Shown: positions 17,578 through 27,354, counted from the stretch's first letter. The stretch is 44,424 nucleotides of DNA from Candidatus Limnocylindrales bacterium (GCA_046712485.1 JBKKCW010000053.1:1-44424), one strand, 5' to 3'. Numbers and translations are program-made. The notes: generated from the sequence alone by a model not told the origin.

Positions 17578-18410
17578 GGCGGCCCAGCCTGGTGATGCGA
17601 GCTGCTCAATATGTGCTGCTCGTGGCCTTCCTGGTCTTCCTCGCGTTCCCCCTGATCTGGATGATCTCGACCTCGTTCAAGGGCCCGCGGGAACTCGTCT
17701 CGCTCGACCCGACGCTCGTTCCGACGAGTCCCACGCTCGACAACTACATCAACGTCCTCAACGGCCAGGACATCGTCCAGGCGGCCGCGAACAGTCTGTT
17801 CGTGTCGGTCGCAACCGCCGTCCTGACCATCGCCGTCGCCCTGCCGGCAGCCTATGCGCTGGTGCGCTACAAGACGCCGTTCCGCCGGCCGGCGCTTGCC
17901 TGGATTCTGGTCAGCCAGGTCTTTCCCCTGATCCTGATCGTCATCCCGCTGTTCCTGATCCTCAAGGAGATCGGCCTGCTGAACAGCCACGTTGGTCTGA
18001 TCGTGGTCTACGTCGTGTGGTCGCTGCCCTTCGCCATGTGGATGCTGCAGGGCTACGTCAGCACGCTGCCGCGCGAGCTCGAGGAAGCCGGCCTGGTCGA
18101 TGGCGCCGGGCGTCTCCGTGTGCTGCGATCGATCGTCCTGCCATTGCTGGCGCCCGGCATCGTGGCGGCCACGCTGTTCGCCTTCATCTCGGCATGGAGC
18201 GAATTCTTCTTTGCTCTGGTCGTACTTCAGGACCCTGGGCTGGCCACGCTGCCGCTGCTGCTGGCGAGGTTCGTCGGGGTCGAAGGGATCGTGAGGCTGG
18301 GACCGCTGGCCGCGGCCTCGCTGCTCGCGACAATCCCGAGCCTCGCGTTCTTTGCACTCATCCAGCGTCGCCTCACGGAGGGACTGCTCGCGGGAGGTGT
18401 GAAGGGATAG
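17574..18410 (+). CDS. carbohydrate (CUT1) ABC transporter permease, MalG/UgpE-like
   Basis: EAA loop EEAGLVDGAGRLRVLRSIVLPLLAPG. ATGA overlap with the upstream permease. Confidence 0.9.
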   Translation: MRRPSLVMRAAQYVLLVAFLVFLAFPLIWMISTSFKGPRELVSLDPTLVPTSPTLDNYINVLNGQDIVQAAANSLFVSVATAVLTIAVALPAAYALVRYKTPFRRPALAWILVSQVFPLILIVIPLFLILKEIGLLNSHVGLIVVYVVWSLPFAMWMLQGYVSTLPRELEEAGLVDGAGRLRVLRSIVLPLLAPGIVAATLFAFISAWSEFFFALVVLQDPGLATLPLLLARFVGVEGIVRLGPLAAASLLATIPSLAFFALIQRRLTEGLLAGGVKG

Positions 18411-18482
18411 ATCCGTTCAGCAAAGGGACCGGCCACACCGTCGTGGACCAGGTTCGATCACGCCAAAGGAGGAGGCAGACGA

Positions 18483-19823
18483 ATGTCCAGTCGAATTTCG
18501 AGATTACTCGGCGTCGCGTCGATCGCCGTCATGGTCAGTGCCTGCAGCGGTGGCGGCGCCACCACGGCCCCGTCAACAGCGGCGAGCCCTGATGCGGGCG
18601 CGTCCGCCGCCGCCACGGCGAGCCCCGCTGGCGAGCCCGTCGCCCTGCGCTTTCAGAGCCTGGCGTGGCAGGAGCCGGTGATCGCGGCCAACAAGGCAAT
18701 CGTCGACGAGTGGAACGCGGCCAATCCAAACATCCAGGTCGAGTACGTCCAGGGCGACTGGGGCTCCGTTCACGATCAGCTTGTAACTCAGTTCCAGAGC
18801 GGTACCGCGCCAGACCTCATTCACTATGAGTCGGCTGGCATCGCCGGATTCTCAAACCAGGGCTTCCTGGCGGACCTGAAGCCGCTCCTGGCCGACGAAT
18901 TCAAGAACGGCATCGCTCCCGGCGTGTGGGAGGCTGTGACCTACAAGGATGACGGCTGGTACGGCGCGCCGTTCCTGCTCCAGTCGTACGTCGTGTTCGC
19001 CAACGGCGGGCTCCTGGAGGCCGCTGGAGTGGAGCCTCCGACGATCGAGGACCCTTGGACCTGGGACGACCTCCGCGCTGCCGCCAAGCAGCTCACCACG
19101 GGCGATCAGTTCGGCATGGGCTGGCCCCTCAAGAGCCCGACCGCCTCGATGATGAGCCTCTCGCTCAGCTTCGATGGCGGATTCTTCTACGACGAGGGTG
19201 GCAAGACTGTCGTCAAGTTCGGACCGGCCGAGCAGGAGGTCCCACGCCGGATCCACGAGATGATCTACGCAGACAAGTCCATCGATCCAACCTCCATTGG
19301 CCTCAGCGGGGGTGACGTCCTCCCGGGCTTCTTCGGGGGCAAGTACGCGATGATCGGCGGCGCCAACTTCCAGACGCAGCAGATGCTCGAGCAGGCGCCC
19401 GAAGGCTTCGAATGGTTGATGCTGCCCCCACTGAAGGGAATTACCCAGGCACAGGCCGCCAACCCCCAGACCATCAGCATCTCCGCGGCGAGCGAGCATC
19501 CCGCGGAGGCCGCCAAGTTCGTCGAGTTCTTCCTCGACGGCGAGAACCTGGCCAAGCTCGCGATGGGCGACTTCCTCATCCCGACCACCGAGGAGGCCGG
19601 AGCGGCCGTGCTCGCCTCCACCGGTGGCGAGGACGGCTGGGACGTGACGATCGCTTCTGGCAAGGAGCTGAAGCTCGCGCCGTTCCAGAAGGTCGAGGCC
19701 TATCCTCAATGGAAGGACCAGGTTGCCACTCCCGCATTCCAGGAATTCCTCGCGAACAGCATCGACCTCGATACACTCGGGAAGAAGCTGGTCGACGGCT
19801 GGACCCAGGTGGGAGGTGGCTGA
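18483..19823 (+). CDS. ABC transporter extracellular solute-binding lipoprotein (sugar-type)
   Basis: Signal peptide with lipobox VSAC followed by a Ser/Ala/Pro linker. ~446 aa SBP_bac_1-like sequence. Strong RBS AAAGGAGGAGG upstream. Confidence 0.9.
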   Translation: MSSRISRLLGVASIAVMVSACSGGGATTAPSTAASPDAGASAAATASPAGEPVALRFQSLAWQEPVIAANKAIVDEWNAANPNIQVEYVQGDWGSVHDQLVTQFQSGTAPDLIHYESAGIAGFSNQGFLADLKPLLADEFKNGIAPGVWEAVTYKDDGWYGAPFLLQSYVVFANGGLLEAAGVEPPTIEDPWTWDDLRAAAKQLTTGDQFGMGWPLKSPTASMMSLSLSFDGGFFYDEGGKTVVKFGPAEQEVPRRIHEMIYADKSIDPTSIGLSGGDVLPGFFGGKYAMIGGANFQTQQMLEQAPEGFEWLMLPPLKGITQAQAANPQTISISAASEHPAEAAKFVEFFLDGENLAKLAMGDFLIPTTEEAGAAVLASTGGEDGWDVTIASGKELKLAPFQKVEAYPQWKDQVATPAFQEFLANSIDLDTLGKKLVDGWTQVGGG

Positions 19824-19842
19824 CCGATCCGGGTAACCGCGA

Positions 19843-21081
19843 TTGGGGACCGTGACATGTCGCGGTCCCCGATCCGCCGTTTCTGAATTGCCACAGACCG
19901 AAAGGAGACCCACGACGCTGCTCGACGACAAGGCCACGGGCTGCCTCGCCGGGGCCGCCGTTGGTGATGCCCTGGGCGGAGCAACCGAAGGTTGGACGAC
20001 CGACCAGATCCGCGAGCGGTACGGCGGGTGGGTCACGGACATCGTGCCTGCCTTCGAATCGGAGACCCCGAGGGCGGAGCGCTACTCGCGATACGCCAAG
20101 GGCGACGGTCGGATCACCGACGACACGCTGATGACCCAGGCGCTCGTCGAGGTCTACCGGCGACGCCGGCGCCACCTGGGCGCCTATGACGTGGCCGAAG
20201 AGCTCGTCCCGTTGCTGATCGGCCGGACCCAGTGGATCCCGGACATGGAGCGTGAAGACACCCCGTTTCAGCGCCTCTTCCTCGCCGAGAAATGGCTGGT
20301 GACCAAGCTCCACTACGGGCACGCCGATCCGCGCGAGGCCGGGTTCGGGAACATCGTCAACTGTGGGGCCGCGATGTACATGGCCCCGGTCGGGATCGTC
20401 AATGCGGCGGATCCCGAAGCGGCGTACGCAGAGGCGATCGATATCGCCGGCGCCCATCAATCGAGCTATGGACGAGAGGCGGCCGGGGTAATGGCTGCCG
20501 GGGTCGCGGCTGCGATGGCGCCACACGCCACCGTCGAGGACGTGATCGACGCCGGCCTTCGCGTGGCCCACGACGGCACTCGCCAGGCGATCGACGCGGT
20601 CGTTTCGTGCGCTCGCGACCTTGGGTCGTGGCGGGACGCTTTGGGGCCGCTTCGTGACGCCGTGGCTCCATTCGACACTGTCGGGCCGGACTATCGGGAC
20701 CCGGGTTTGGGCGCTCGTCGGGCGAGCCGCGTGCATTCGATCGAGGAGCTTCCAGTCGCCTTCGGACTCCTGCTCCTGGCGCGCGGGGACTATCGCGAAG
20801 CCGTGCTCGGAGCGGTGAACTACGGCCGGGACTCTGATTCGATCGCGACGATGGCCGGCGCTCTTGCCGGCGCCCTCGGCGGCCTTGACGCCGTCCCGGA
20901 ACCCTGGCGCATCGCCGTGGCCGCCGCGAGCCTGATCGACCTGGAATCGCCCGGTCGCGAGCTGGCCGCGGTCGCCCGCGAGGTCATCGAAGCCGATGGA
21001 CGACGTCGTGCCGCCCGCCAGCGCGCGTTCGACGAGCTGACGGGAGACGAGCGCCGTGCGCATCACCTGGATCCAGCCTGA
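19843..21081 (+). CDS. ADP-ribosylglycohydrolase-family protein (paralog 1)
   Basis: LAGAAVGDALGGATEGW N-terminal motif and GRDSDSIATMAGALAGALGG C-terminal motif. Start is uncertain: the track uses TTG 19843, TTG 19888 is in frame, and AAGGAG at 19902-19907 sits 10 nt before an in-frame CTG at 19918. Confidence 0.85.
   Translation: MGTVTCRGPRSAVSELPQTERRPTTLLDDKATGCLAGAAVGDALGGATEGWTTDQIRERYGGWVTDIVPAFESETPRAERYSRYAKGDGRITDDTLMTQALVEVYRRRRRHLGAYDVAEELVPLLIGRTQWIPDMEREDTPFQRLFLAEKWLVTKLHYGHADPREAGFGNIVNCGAAMYMAPVGIVNAADPEAAYAEAIDIAGAHQSSYGREAAGVMAAGVAAAMAPHATVEDVIDAGLRVAHDGTRQAIDAVVSCARDLGSWRDALGPLRDAVAPFDTVGPDYRDPGLGARRASRVHSIEELPVAFGLLLLARGDYREAVLGAVNYGRDSDSIATMAGALAGALGGLDAVPEPWRIAVAAASLIDLESPGRELAAVAREVIEADGRRRAARQRAFDELTGDERRAHHLDPA
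19845..19870 (+). other. stem-loop just after the binding-protein gene (possible mRNA-stabilising or partial terminator hairpin)
   Basis: GGGGACCG (19845-19852) pairs with CGGTCCCC (19863-19870) across a 10-nt loop. No clear U-tract (followed by GATCCGCCGTTTCTG). Confidence 0.4.
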
Positions 21082-22411
21082 AGACCTGATCCGCCACGAG
21101 TTCGTTCAAGCGGCGGACGAGGGCAAGGATGTGGCAGGCATCGTCGAGCGCTGGGTCGCGGCCGGTGGCGACTGCGTTCCTCCCGGCGTAGGTGCCTCGG
21201 ACCCGCCGGCCTCCGCGGAGCTGTCACGGCTGGCGCGCACGTTGCTCGGGGAGATCGACGCCTTGCCGACCACCGACGACACCGATGAACCGAGCGACCT
21301 GGAACGCGTTCAACGCCATTGGCGACGACCTCCGGCGCTGCCGCCGATCCCCCCGCAGGAGGCCCTTCGTGACCGCCTTCATGGCGCATGGCTGGGCCGC
21401 GCAATCGGGTGCCTGCTAGGCAAACCGGTCGAGAAGATCCCCCGAGCAGGGATACGGGAGATCCTGGAGGCAACTGGTCGCTGGCCGCTGTCCGGCTACT
21501 TCACCGCGGCTGGGCTGCCCCAGGATGTTGCGGCGCGTTGGCCCTGGAACCGGGCCAGCCGTCCAACCAGTCTCGCCGAGGTGATCGACGGGATGCCCGA
21601 GGACGACGACCTCAACTACACGTTGTTGGCGCTAAGCGTTCTCGAGGATCACGGCCCTGATTTCACAACGGACGACGTCGCCCGGACATGGCTGAGGGAT
21701 GTCCCTGCTCTTCGCGTCTTCACCGCCGAGCGGGCGGTCTATCGAAACCTGCTCGACGGGCTCCAACCACCGGACACCGCCAGGGTCGCAAATCCGTATC
21801 GCGAGTGGATCGGCGCCCAGATCAGGTCCGACCTGTACGGCTGGGCCCGGCCCGGCGACCCGCACGGCGCAGCGGAGCTCGCCTGGCGCGATGCCCGGCT
21901 GAGCCATACCCGGAATGGGATCTACAGCGCGATGTTCGTGGCCGGAATGGCGTCGGCGGCCCTGGTCAGTGACAAGGTTGACGTCGTCCTGGATGCCGGG
22001 TTGTCGGTCATCCCGCCCAACAGCCGCCTGGCCTCGGAGATCGCGGCGGCACGCCACGTCGCTTCGACCACCGACGACTTCGAGGTGGCGGCCGACCTGG
22101 TCCACGATCGCAATCGCGGGCGACACTGGGTTCATGCCATCAACAACACAGCGCTGATCGTCCTTGCGCTCTGTGTCGGGGGCGGGGACTTCGTCCGGTC
22201 GATCTGTCTCGCTGTGTCGGGCGGCTGGGATACCGACTCCAACGGCGCCACCGTCGGCGCCGTCGCAGGCGCGATGGCAGGCAGGGCAGGGCTGCCGGAA
22301 TCGTGGGCCGCTCCCCTGAAGAACCGACTGTCGACGAGCATCCCGGGCTTCGATAACGTCGGGTTCGATGAGCTTGCCGCTCGAACTGCGGCCATCGTCG
22401 CCACGACGTGA
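21056..22411 (+). CDS. ADP-ribosylglycohydrolase-family protein (paralog 2, ~105-aa N-terminal extension)
   Basis: [30 protein letters not shown] and [21 protein letters not shown] motifs. GTG 21056 overlaps paralog 1 by 26 nt. Confidence 0.85.
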   Translation: MRITWIQPEDLIRHEFVQAADEGKDVAGIVERWVAAGGDCVPPGVGASDPPASAELSRLARTLLGEIDALPTTDDTDEPSDLERVQRHWRRPPALPPIPPQEALRDRLHGAWLGRAIGCLLGKPVEKIPRAGIREILEATGRWPLSGYFTAAGLPQDVAARWPWNRASRPTSLAEVIDGMPEDDDLNYTLLALSVLEDHGPDFTTDDVARTWLRDVPALRVFTAERAVYRNLLDGLQPPDTARVANPYREWIGAQIRSDLYGWARPGDPHGAAELAWRDARLSHTRNGIYSAMFVAGMASAALVSDKVDVVLDAGLSVIPPNSRLASEIAAARHVASTTDDFEVAADLVHDRNRGRHWVHAINNTALIVLALCVGGGDFVRSICLAVSGGWDTDSNGATVGAVAGAMAGRAGLPESWAAPLKNRLSTSIPGFDNVGFDELAARTAAIVATT

Positions 22412-24387
22412 CGCTCCCCGGTTTCAATCCGTATGTTCCGCGCCCGATCGACCTCCCGACGGCCGTTCCGCTCGACCCGCACGCGGATCTGTCGGTGCTC
22501 GACGAGGCGAAGATCTTCGCCGCGCCCGATGACCCCTCCGACTGGCCGGCGTGGCGCGCCACGCTCGAGCGTTGGCGGAACGAGGCCCGTGCACGGCTGG
22601 CGTACTCCGGCGCCCGATACGCCAACGCCCCCGCGGAAGGGTTCAGCGTGTGTATGGCATGGCTGTGGGACGAGACGCTGTACGACCACGAGCTCGGTCG
22701 CTTCACGGTCGACGCGTTCGTCGACGCCGGCGAACGCGAATTCGGTGGCTTCGATGGCGTCGCGCTGTGGCATGCCTACCCGGTGGTCGGGATCGACGAC
22801 CGCGACCATTTCGACTTCTATCGCGGCGTGCCGGAGCTTGCGGACGTTGTGGGCGCATTCCAGCGGCGCGGTGTTCGCGTCTACCTGACGTACTACCCGT
22901 GGGAGACCGGCGACAATCCCTCAGCAATCGAGGCTATCGCTGAACTCGTGGCCCAGACGGGAGCCGACGGTGTCTTCCTGGACAGCACCAAGGAGGGGAC
23001 GGTATCGCTGCGGGCAGCACTCGACGAGATACGGCCCAATTTGACCATGGAGGCCGAATCGCGGGTGCCCCTCGCGAGGATCGAGGACCACGCCATGTCA
23101 TGGGCCCAGTGGTTTGCCGACTCGAGTGTGCCGGGCGTGCTCAGAGCAAAATGGTTCGAGCGCCGGCACATGCTCCACCACGTTCGCCGCTGGCACCGCA
23201 GCCACCTCGACGAACTCCACTCGGCGTGGCTGAACGGCTCTGGCATGCTCGTCTGGGAATCCGTGTTCGGCGTCTGGGTCGGCTGGAGCGAGCGAGACCG
23301 AGCGCTGTTCCGGTCGATGCGTCGTGTCCAGCGCGAGTTTGCGCAATGGCTCCGATCAGGAGACTGGACGCCGCTGGCCGACCACACGGGCGACGACGCC
23401 CGGATCTATGCATCGCGCTGGATCCACGACGGGCGGCCCCTATGGACGATCGTGAATCGCGGAGCCGCATTGACTGGCCCGTGGCTGATCACCGACGACC
23501 GCCCCGGAAGCCGCTGGGTCGAGCTGACGAGCGGTGTCGACTTGACTGCGTCGAGCTTCGGCGACGGTCGCGTCGCCGTAGGTGGAACAATCGCCGAGGG
23601 TGGGATTGCGGCGGTCATGGCTGTGCCGGCGGAGCCCGGGTCGGCGCATGCACCGGCAATGACTCCGGCGCCCGCACTGAGGTCGCCGTCGTTCCCGGCT
23701 CGAGCGGTGATCCGCTTGCCCACGCGTGCTGTCCCGCATCGTTCCGTCCCCGCCGGCATGGTGGCGGTCCCGAGCGGCCGCCAGGACATGCTCGTCAGAT
23801 ATCGATTGAGGGAGACCGGCCTGTATGGCGAAGCCCCCTTCGTCGACGAGTGGAAGCCCCTCCCGCCTCGCCTCCACGAGCCCGCAACGATGCGTCGGGA
23901 AGTCCGTTTCGGGAGCTTCGCGATCTCCGAGCGCGAGGTGACGAACGCCGAGTTCCGCGCGTTCCGCCGGGCGACTCGTTACGAGCCGGTCCGACGAGAA
24001 CGTTTCGACCGAGCCGGTACCGGCCCGCCTGATGCGCCGGCCACTCACGTCGAGCTCGCTGATGCCCGCGCCTACGCGGGCTGGGCCGGCGTCCGCTTGC
24101 CGACCGAAGACGAATGGCAGATCGCCGCCGAGAAAGGGCTTCTCGGACGACTCGAACCCCTGGTCTGGAACCTGACCGAGAGCGAGCACGCAGACGGCCG
24201 AACACGCTTCGTCATTCTCAAGGGCGGCAGCGGGTTCACCAGCGATGTGTCCGACTGGTACTTCGATGGCGGGCCGCAACCGCCCGAGGCGTCAATCAAG
24301 CTGCTCCTGCTTGGCGCCGGACTCGGCAGGTCGCCGTGGATCGGCTTCCGCTGCGCTGTTGACCTTGAAAACGAATTGCCCGGATGA
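22408..24387 (+). CDS. two-domain protein: N-terminal glycoside-hydrolase-like (TIM-barrel-like, inferred) region fused to a C-terminal FGE-sulfatase (SUMF1/EgtB/PvdO) domain
   Basis: C-terminal ~200 aa: [24 protein letters not shown] and [30 protein letters not shown], typical of the FGE-sulfatase fold. N-terminal ~430 aa has [12 protein letters not shown] and [13 protein letters not shown] stretches reminiscent of GH-like barrels (weak call). GTGA overlap with the upstream gene. Confidence 0.7.
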   Translation: MTLPGFNPYVPRPIDLPTAVPLDPHADLSVLDEAKIFAAPDDPSDWPAWRATLERWRNEARARLAYSGARYANAPAEGFSVCMAWLWDETLYDHELGRFTVDAFVDAGEREFGGFDGVALWHAYPVVGIDDRDHFDFYRGVPELADVVGAFQRRGVRVYLTYYPWETGDNPSAIEAIAELVAQTGADGVFLDSTKEGTVSLRAALDEIRPNLTMEAESRVPLARIEDHAMSWAQWFADSSVPGVLRAKWFERRHMLHHVRRWHRSHLDELHSAWLNGSGMLVWESVFGVWVGWSERDRALFRSMRRVQREFAQWLRSGDWTPLADHTGDDARIYASRWIHDGRPLWTIVNRGAALTGPWLITDDRPGSRWVELTSGVDLTASSFGDGRVAVGGTIAEGGIAAVMAVPAEPGSAHAPAMTPAPALRSPSFPARAVIRLPTRAVPHRSVPAGMVAVPSGRQDMLVRYRLRETGLYGEAPFVDEWKPLPPRLHEPATMRREVRFGSFAISEREVTNAEFRAFRRATRYEPVRRERFDRAGTGPPDAPATHVELADARAYAGWAGVRLPTEDEWQIAAEKGLLGRLEPLVWNLTESEHADGRTRFVILKGGSGFTSDVSDWYFDGGPQPPEASIKLLLLGAGLGRSPWIGFRCAVDLENELPG

Positions 24388-25265
24388 CCGCCTCGAGCGC
24401 CGACGACGTGCCTGTCAGCCGACTGGACCTCCGGCATGCATCCGCCCCGTCACCGGCCCTGGGCGGATCGATCGAGTACTTGCTGTACCAGCCCGAGGTC
24501 GGCGGCGACCTTCGATTCCCTGTGGTCTACCTCCTGCATGGCCGCGGCGGCTCGATGACGGATGTCCGGCCGGCGCTCGCGCGCATCGATCGATCCATCC
24601 GCGACCGGCTGGTGCCCCCGTTTCTCGTCGTCGCGCCCGACGCCCCGTGGTCCAACCGCTCGAGCTGGTATGTCGATTCGAGATTTTCCGGATCTCCTCC
24701 TGGGAGGCCGATCGAAACGGCCCTTGTCCGCGACCTGGTCGATCACATCGACGCGTCCCATCCGACGATCGCCGATCGCTCCGGACGTATCGCGGCCGGC
24801 GTGTCGATGGGCGGGGCAGGCGCGCTCCGATTCGCCCTGGCGCACCCGGACCGGTTCGCCGCGGCAGTCTGCCTGAGCCCCGCGATCTACGATCCACTGC
24901 CGCCCAGCGATTCGTCGATCCGTGGATCGGTCGCATTCGGGCGAGATCGGGTGCCATTCGACCCGAGCACGTACGAGGCGTTGTCCTACAGGCGTCTCCT
25001 GGCCTCGTTCGGCCGGCAACATCCGGTTCGACTTTGGATCGGTGTCAGCAACCGGGAAATGCCGCCGTCGGACCCAACGGCCACGGGTCACGGCCTCGAC
25101 CATCAGGCTGCTGCGCTTTTCCTTGCGGCACGAGCGGTTCCCGGCATCGACGCATCACTCCTCGTCGTCGAGGGCGGGCATGACTGGCCCACCTGGTCGG
25201 CGATGCTCGAGACAGCGATACTCGATGTTCTTGGTCGGGGTACGACGCGCGGTGTGGAGCCATGA
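24384..25265 (+). CDS. alpha/beta-hydrolase, putative esterase family
   Basis: [12 protein letters not shown] and nucleophile elbow [20 protein letters not shown], typical of the esterase D / enterochelin esterase-like family. ATGA overlap upstream. Confidence 0.7.
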   Translation: MTASSADDVPVSRLDLRHASAPSPALGGSIEYLLYQPEVGGDLRFPVVYLLHGRGGSMTDVRPALARIDRSIRDRLVPPFLVVAPDAPWSNRSSWYVDSRFSGSPPGRPIETALVRDLVDHIDASHPTIADRSGRIAAGVSMGGAGALRFALAHPDRFAAAVCLSPAIYDPLPPSDSSIRGSVAFGRDRVPFDPSTYEALSYRRLLASFGRQHPVRLWIGVSNREMPPSDPTATGHGLDHQAAALFLAARAVPGIDASLLVVEGGHDWPTWSAMLETAILDVLGRGTTRGVEP

Positions 25266-26485
25266 CGCGGCTTTTGCAGGGTGGAGCGATGTCCTCGCCC
25301 CGGCCGGCACTCGATGGCGTCCGCGTCATCGAGTTGGCCACACTGTTTGCCGGCCCGCTGACCGCGACGTTTCTCGGCGACTACGGCGCATCGGTGATCA
25401 AGATCGAGCACCCCCGGCAGCCGGATGCGTCGCGCGGCCACGGTCCAACCAAGGACGGCATCGGCCTCTGGTGGAAGGTCATCGGCCGGAACAAGCGGAC
25501 GATGACGCTCGACCTCTCAACGGCTGATGGCCAGGCGATCCTAGTCCAGCTCGCAGCGCGGGCCGACGTCCTCATCGAGAACTTTCGACCGGGCACGCTG
25601 GAACGCTGGAATCTGGGGTACGAGCGGCTCGCCGCGGAGAACCCGGGGCTCGTGTTCGCTCGCGTGACGGGCTTCGGCCAGGTCGGCCCGTACGCCCGGC
25701 GACCGGGGTTCGGAACCCTGGCCGAGGCGATGAGCGGGTTCGCCGCATTGACCGGCGAACCGGACGGACCGCCGACGCTTCCGCCGTTCGGGCTCGCGGA
25801 TGGGATCGCCGCGCTGGCGACTGCGTTCGCGATCATGACCGCGCTCGAGGCGCGCCGAGCGTCCGGTCGGGGCCAGGTCGTGGACCTGGCGATCATCGAA
25901 CCGATCCTGTGGCTGCTCGGGCCCCAGATCAGCGCCTACGATCAGCTTGGCGAGGTCCAGCCCCGGACGGGCAATCGGTCGCGAAACAACGCCCCGCGCA
26001 ACCTGTACCGCACGGCCGACGGTCGATGGCTGGCCGTGTCGACGAGCTCCCAGCGGATCGCCGAACGGGTCATGCGGCTGGTCGGACGCCCTGATCTCCT
26101 CAATGAGCCGTGGTTCGCGACGGGCCGAGGACGCGCCGAGCACGGCGCCGAGCTGGATAGCGCCGTCAGCGCGTGGGTTGGCCAGCGGCGAGCGGATGAG
26201 GTGGAGCGCGCCTTCGAGGACGCGGAGGCGGCCGTCGCGCCCGTCTACGATGTCCGCGACATCATGGCCGACCCGCAATTCGCGGCCCTCGGCACCATCG
26301 CACGCATCGATGATCCGGAGCTCGGCTCCATCGCCATGCAGAACCTGCTGTTCCGGTTGAGCGACACGCCCGGAGCGATTCGCTGGACCGGTCGACCCCA
26401 CGGGGCTGACACGGACTCGATCCTGGGAGAGCTCGGGATCGGGACCGACGAGCTCGCACGCCTTCGACGCGACAGGGTCGTCTGA
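25262..26485 (+). CDS. family III (CaiB/BaiF) CoA-transferase
   Basis: LDGVRVIELATLFAGPLTATFLGDYGASVIKIEHP N-terminal signature, GLADGIAAL Asp region, ~400 aa. ATGA overlap upstream (ATG 25289 is an alternative start). Confidence 0.9.
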   Translation: MTRLLQGGAMSSPRPALDGVRVIELATLFAGPLTATFLGDYGASVIKIEHPRQPDASRGHGPTKDGIGLWWKVIGRNKRTMTLDLSTADGQAILVQLAARADVLIENFRPGTLERWNLGYERLAAENPGLVFARVTGFGQVGPYARRPGFGTLAEAMSGFAALTGEPDGPPTLPPFGLADGIAALATAFAIMTALEARRASGRGQVVDLAIIEPILWLLGPQISAYDQLGEVQPRTGNRSRNNAPRNLYRTADGRWLAVSTSSQRIAERVMRLVGRPDLLNEPWFATGRGRAEHGAELDSAVSAWVGQRRADEVERAFEDAEAAVAPVYDVRDIMADPQFAALGTIARIDDPELGSIAMQNLLFRLSDTPGAIRWTGRPHGADTDSILGELGIGTDELARLRRDRVV

Positions 26486-26487
26486 CC

Positions 26488-27354
26488 GTGTCGGCCGAGC
26501 TGCAGCTGGCCCCGGCACTCACCTCGCTCTACGTCCCGGGCGACCGGCCGGACCGATTTCCAAAGGCATTGGCGAGCGACGCTGACGAGGTCATCCTGGA
26601 CCTCGAAGACGGCGTGGCCCCGGCCCACAAGGTGTCCGCCCGTGAGGCCGTCGCCCGGTTCGCCGCGGATCGGCACACAAAGGCGGTCCAGGTCCGGATC
26701 AACGGTCGCGACACGCCGTGGTGGTCGGACGATCTCGCCGCCGTCGCAGCCGCGCCGGGTCTCGCCGGCATCCGTCTCCCCAAGGTCGAAACGCCTGACG
26801 ACATACGAATAGTCGCCGCGCGCCTGCCAGCCGACGGTTCGGTGCGGATCCATGTCCTGATCGAGACGCCTCGCGCTGTCGAGGCGGCCTTCGAGATCGC
26901 CACGGCGCACCCGTTCGTCTCGTCGATCGCGCTTGGCGAGGCGGACCTTCTATCGGTGCTGTCGATCACCGACGATCGTGGCCTTGCATGGGTTCGCGGC
27001 CGGATCGTGGTTGCGGCGGGTGCTGCCGGCCTTCGTCCGCCCCAGATGTCCGTGTTCACCAACCTCGAGGACGACGCCGGGCTAGCCGCATCGTGCCGCG
27101 AAGGGCGCGGTTTGGGCTTTCTTGGTCGAGCGGCGATCCACCCGCGCCAGGTGCCGATCATCGTGGATGCCTTCCTTCCGTCGCGTGCCGAGGTCGTCGA
27201 GGCGTCGCGTCTCCTGGACCTCTTGGCAGAGGCACGCGGCGCCGGGCGAGGCGGCTTCGTCCTGCCCGATGGCCGCTTCGTTGACCAGGCGATGGCTGGC
27301 CACGCAAGAACAGTCGTCGCGCTGGATGCGCGCGGGTCGAGCAACGATGCTTGA
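26488..27354 (+). CDS. HpcH/HpaI-CitE family acyl-CoA lyase (citryl/malyl/citramalyl-CoA lyase-like)
   Basis: LYVPGDRPDRFPKALASDADEVILDLEDGVAP signature of CitE-like lyases. GTG start lies 2 nt after the CoA-transferase stop. Confidence 0.85.
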   Translation: MSAELQLAPALTSLYVPGDRPDRFPKALASDADEVILDLEDGVAPAHKVSAREAVARFAADRHTKAVQVRINGRDTPWWSDDLAAVAAAPGLAGIRLPKVETPDDIRIVAARLPADGSVRIHVLIETPRAVEAAFEIATAHPFVSSIALGEADLLSVLSITDDRGLAWVRGRIVVAAGAAGLRPPQMSVFTNLEDDAGLAASCREGRGLGFLGRAAIHPRQVPIIVDAFLPSRAEVVEASRLLDLLAEARGAGRGGFVLPDGRFVDQAMAGHARTVVALDARGSSNDA

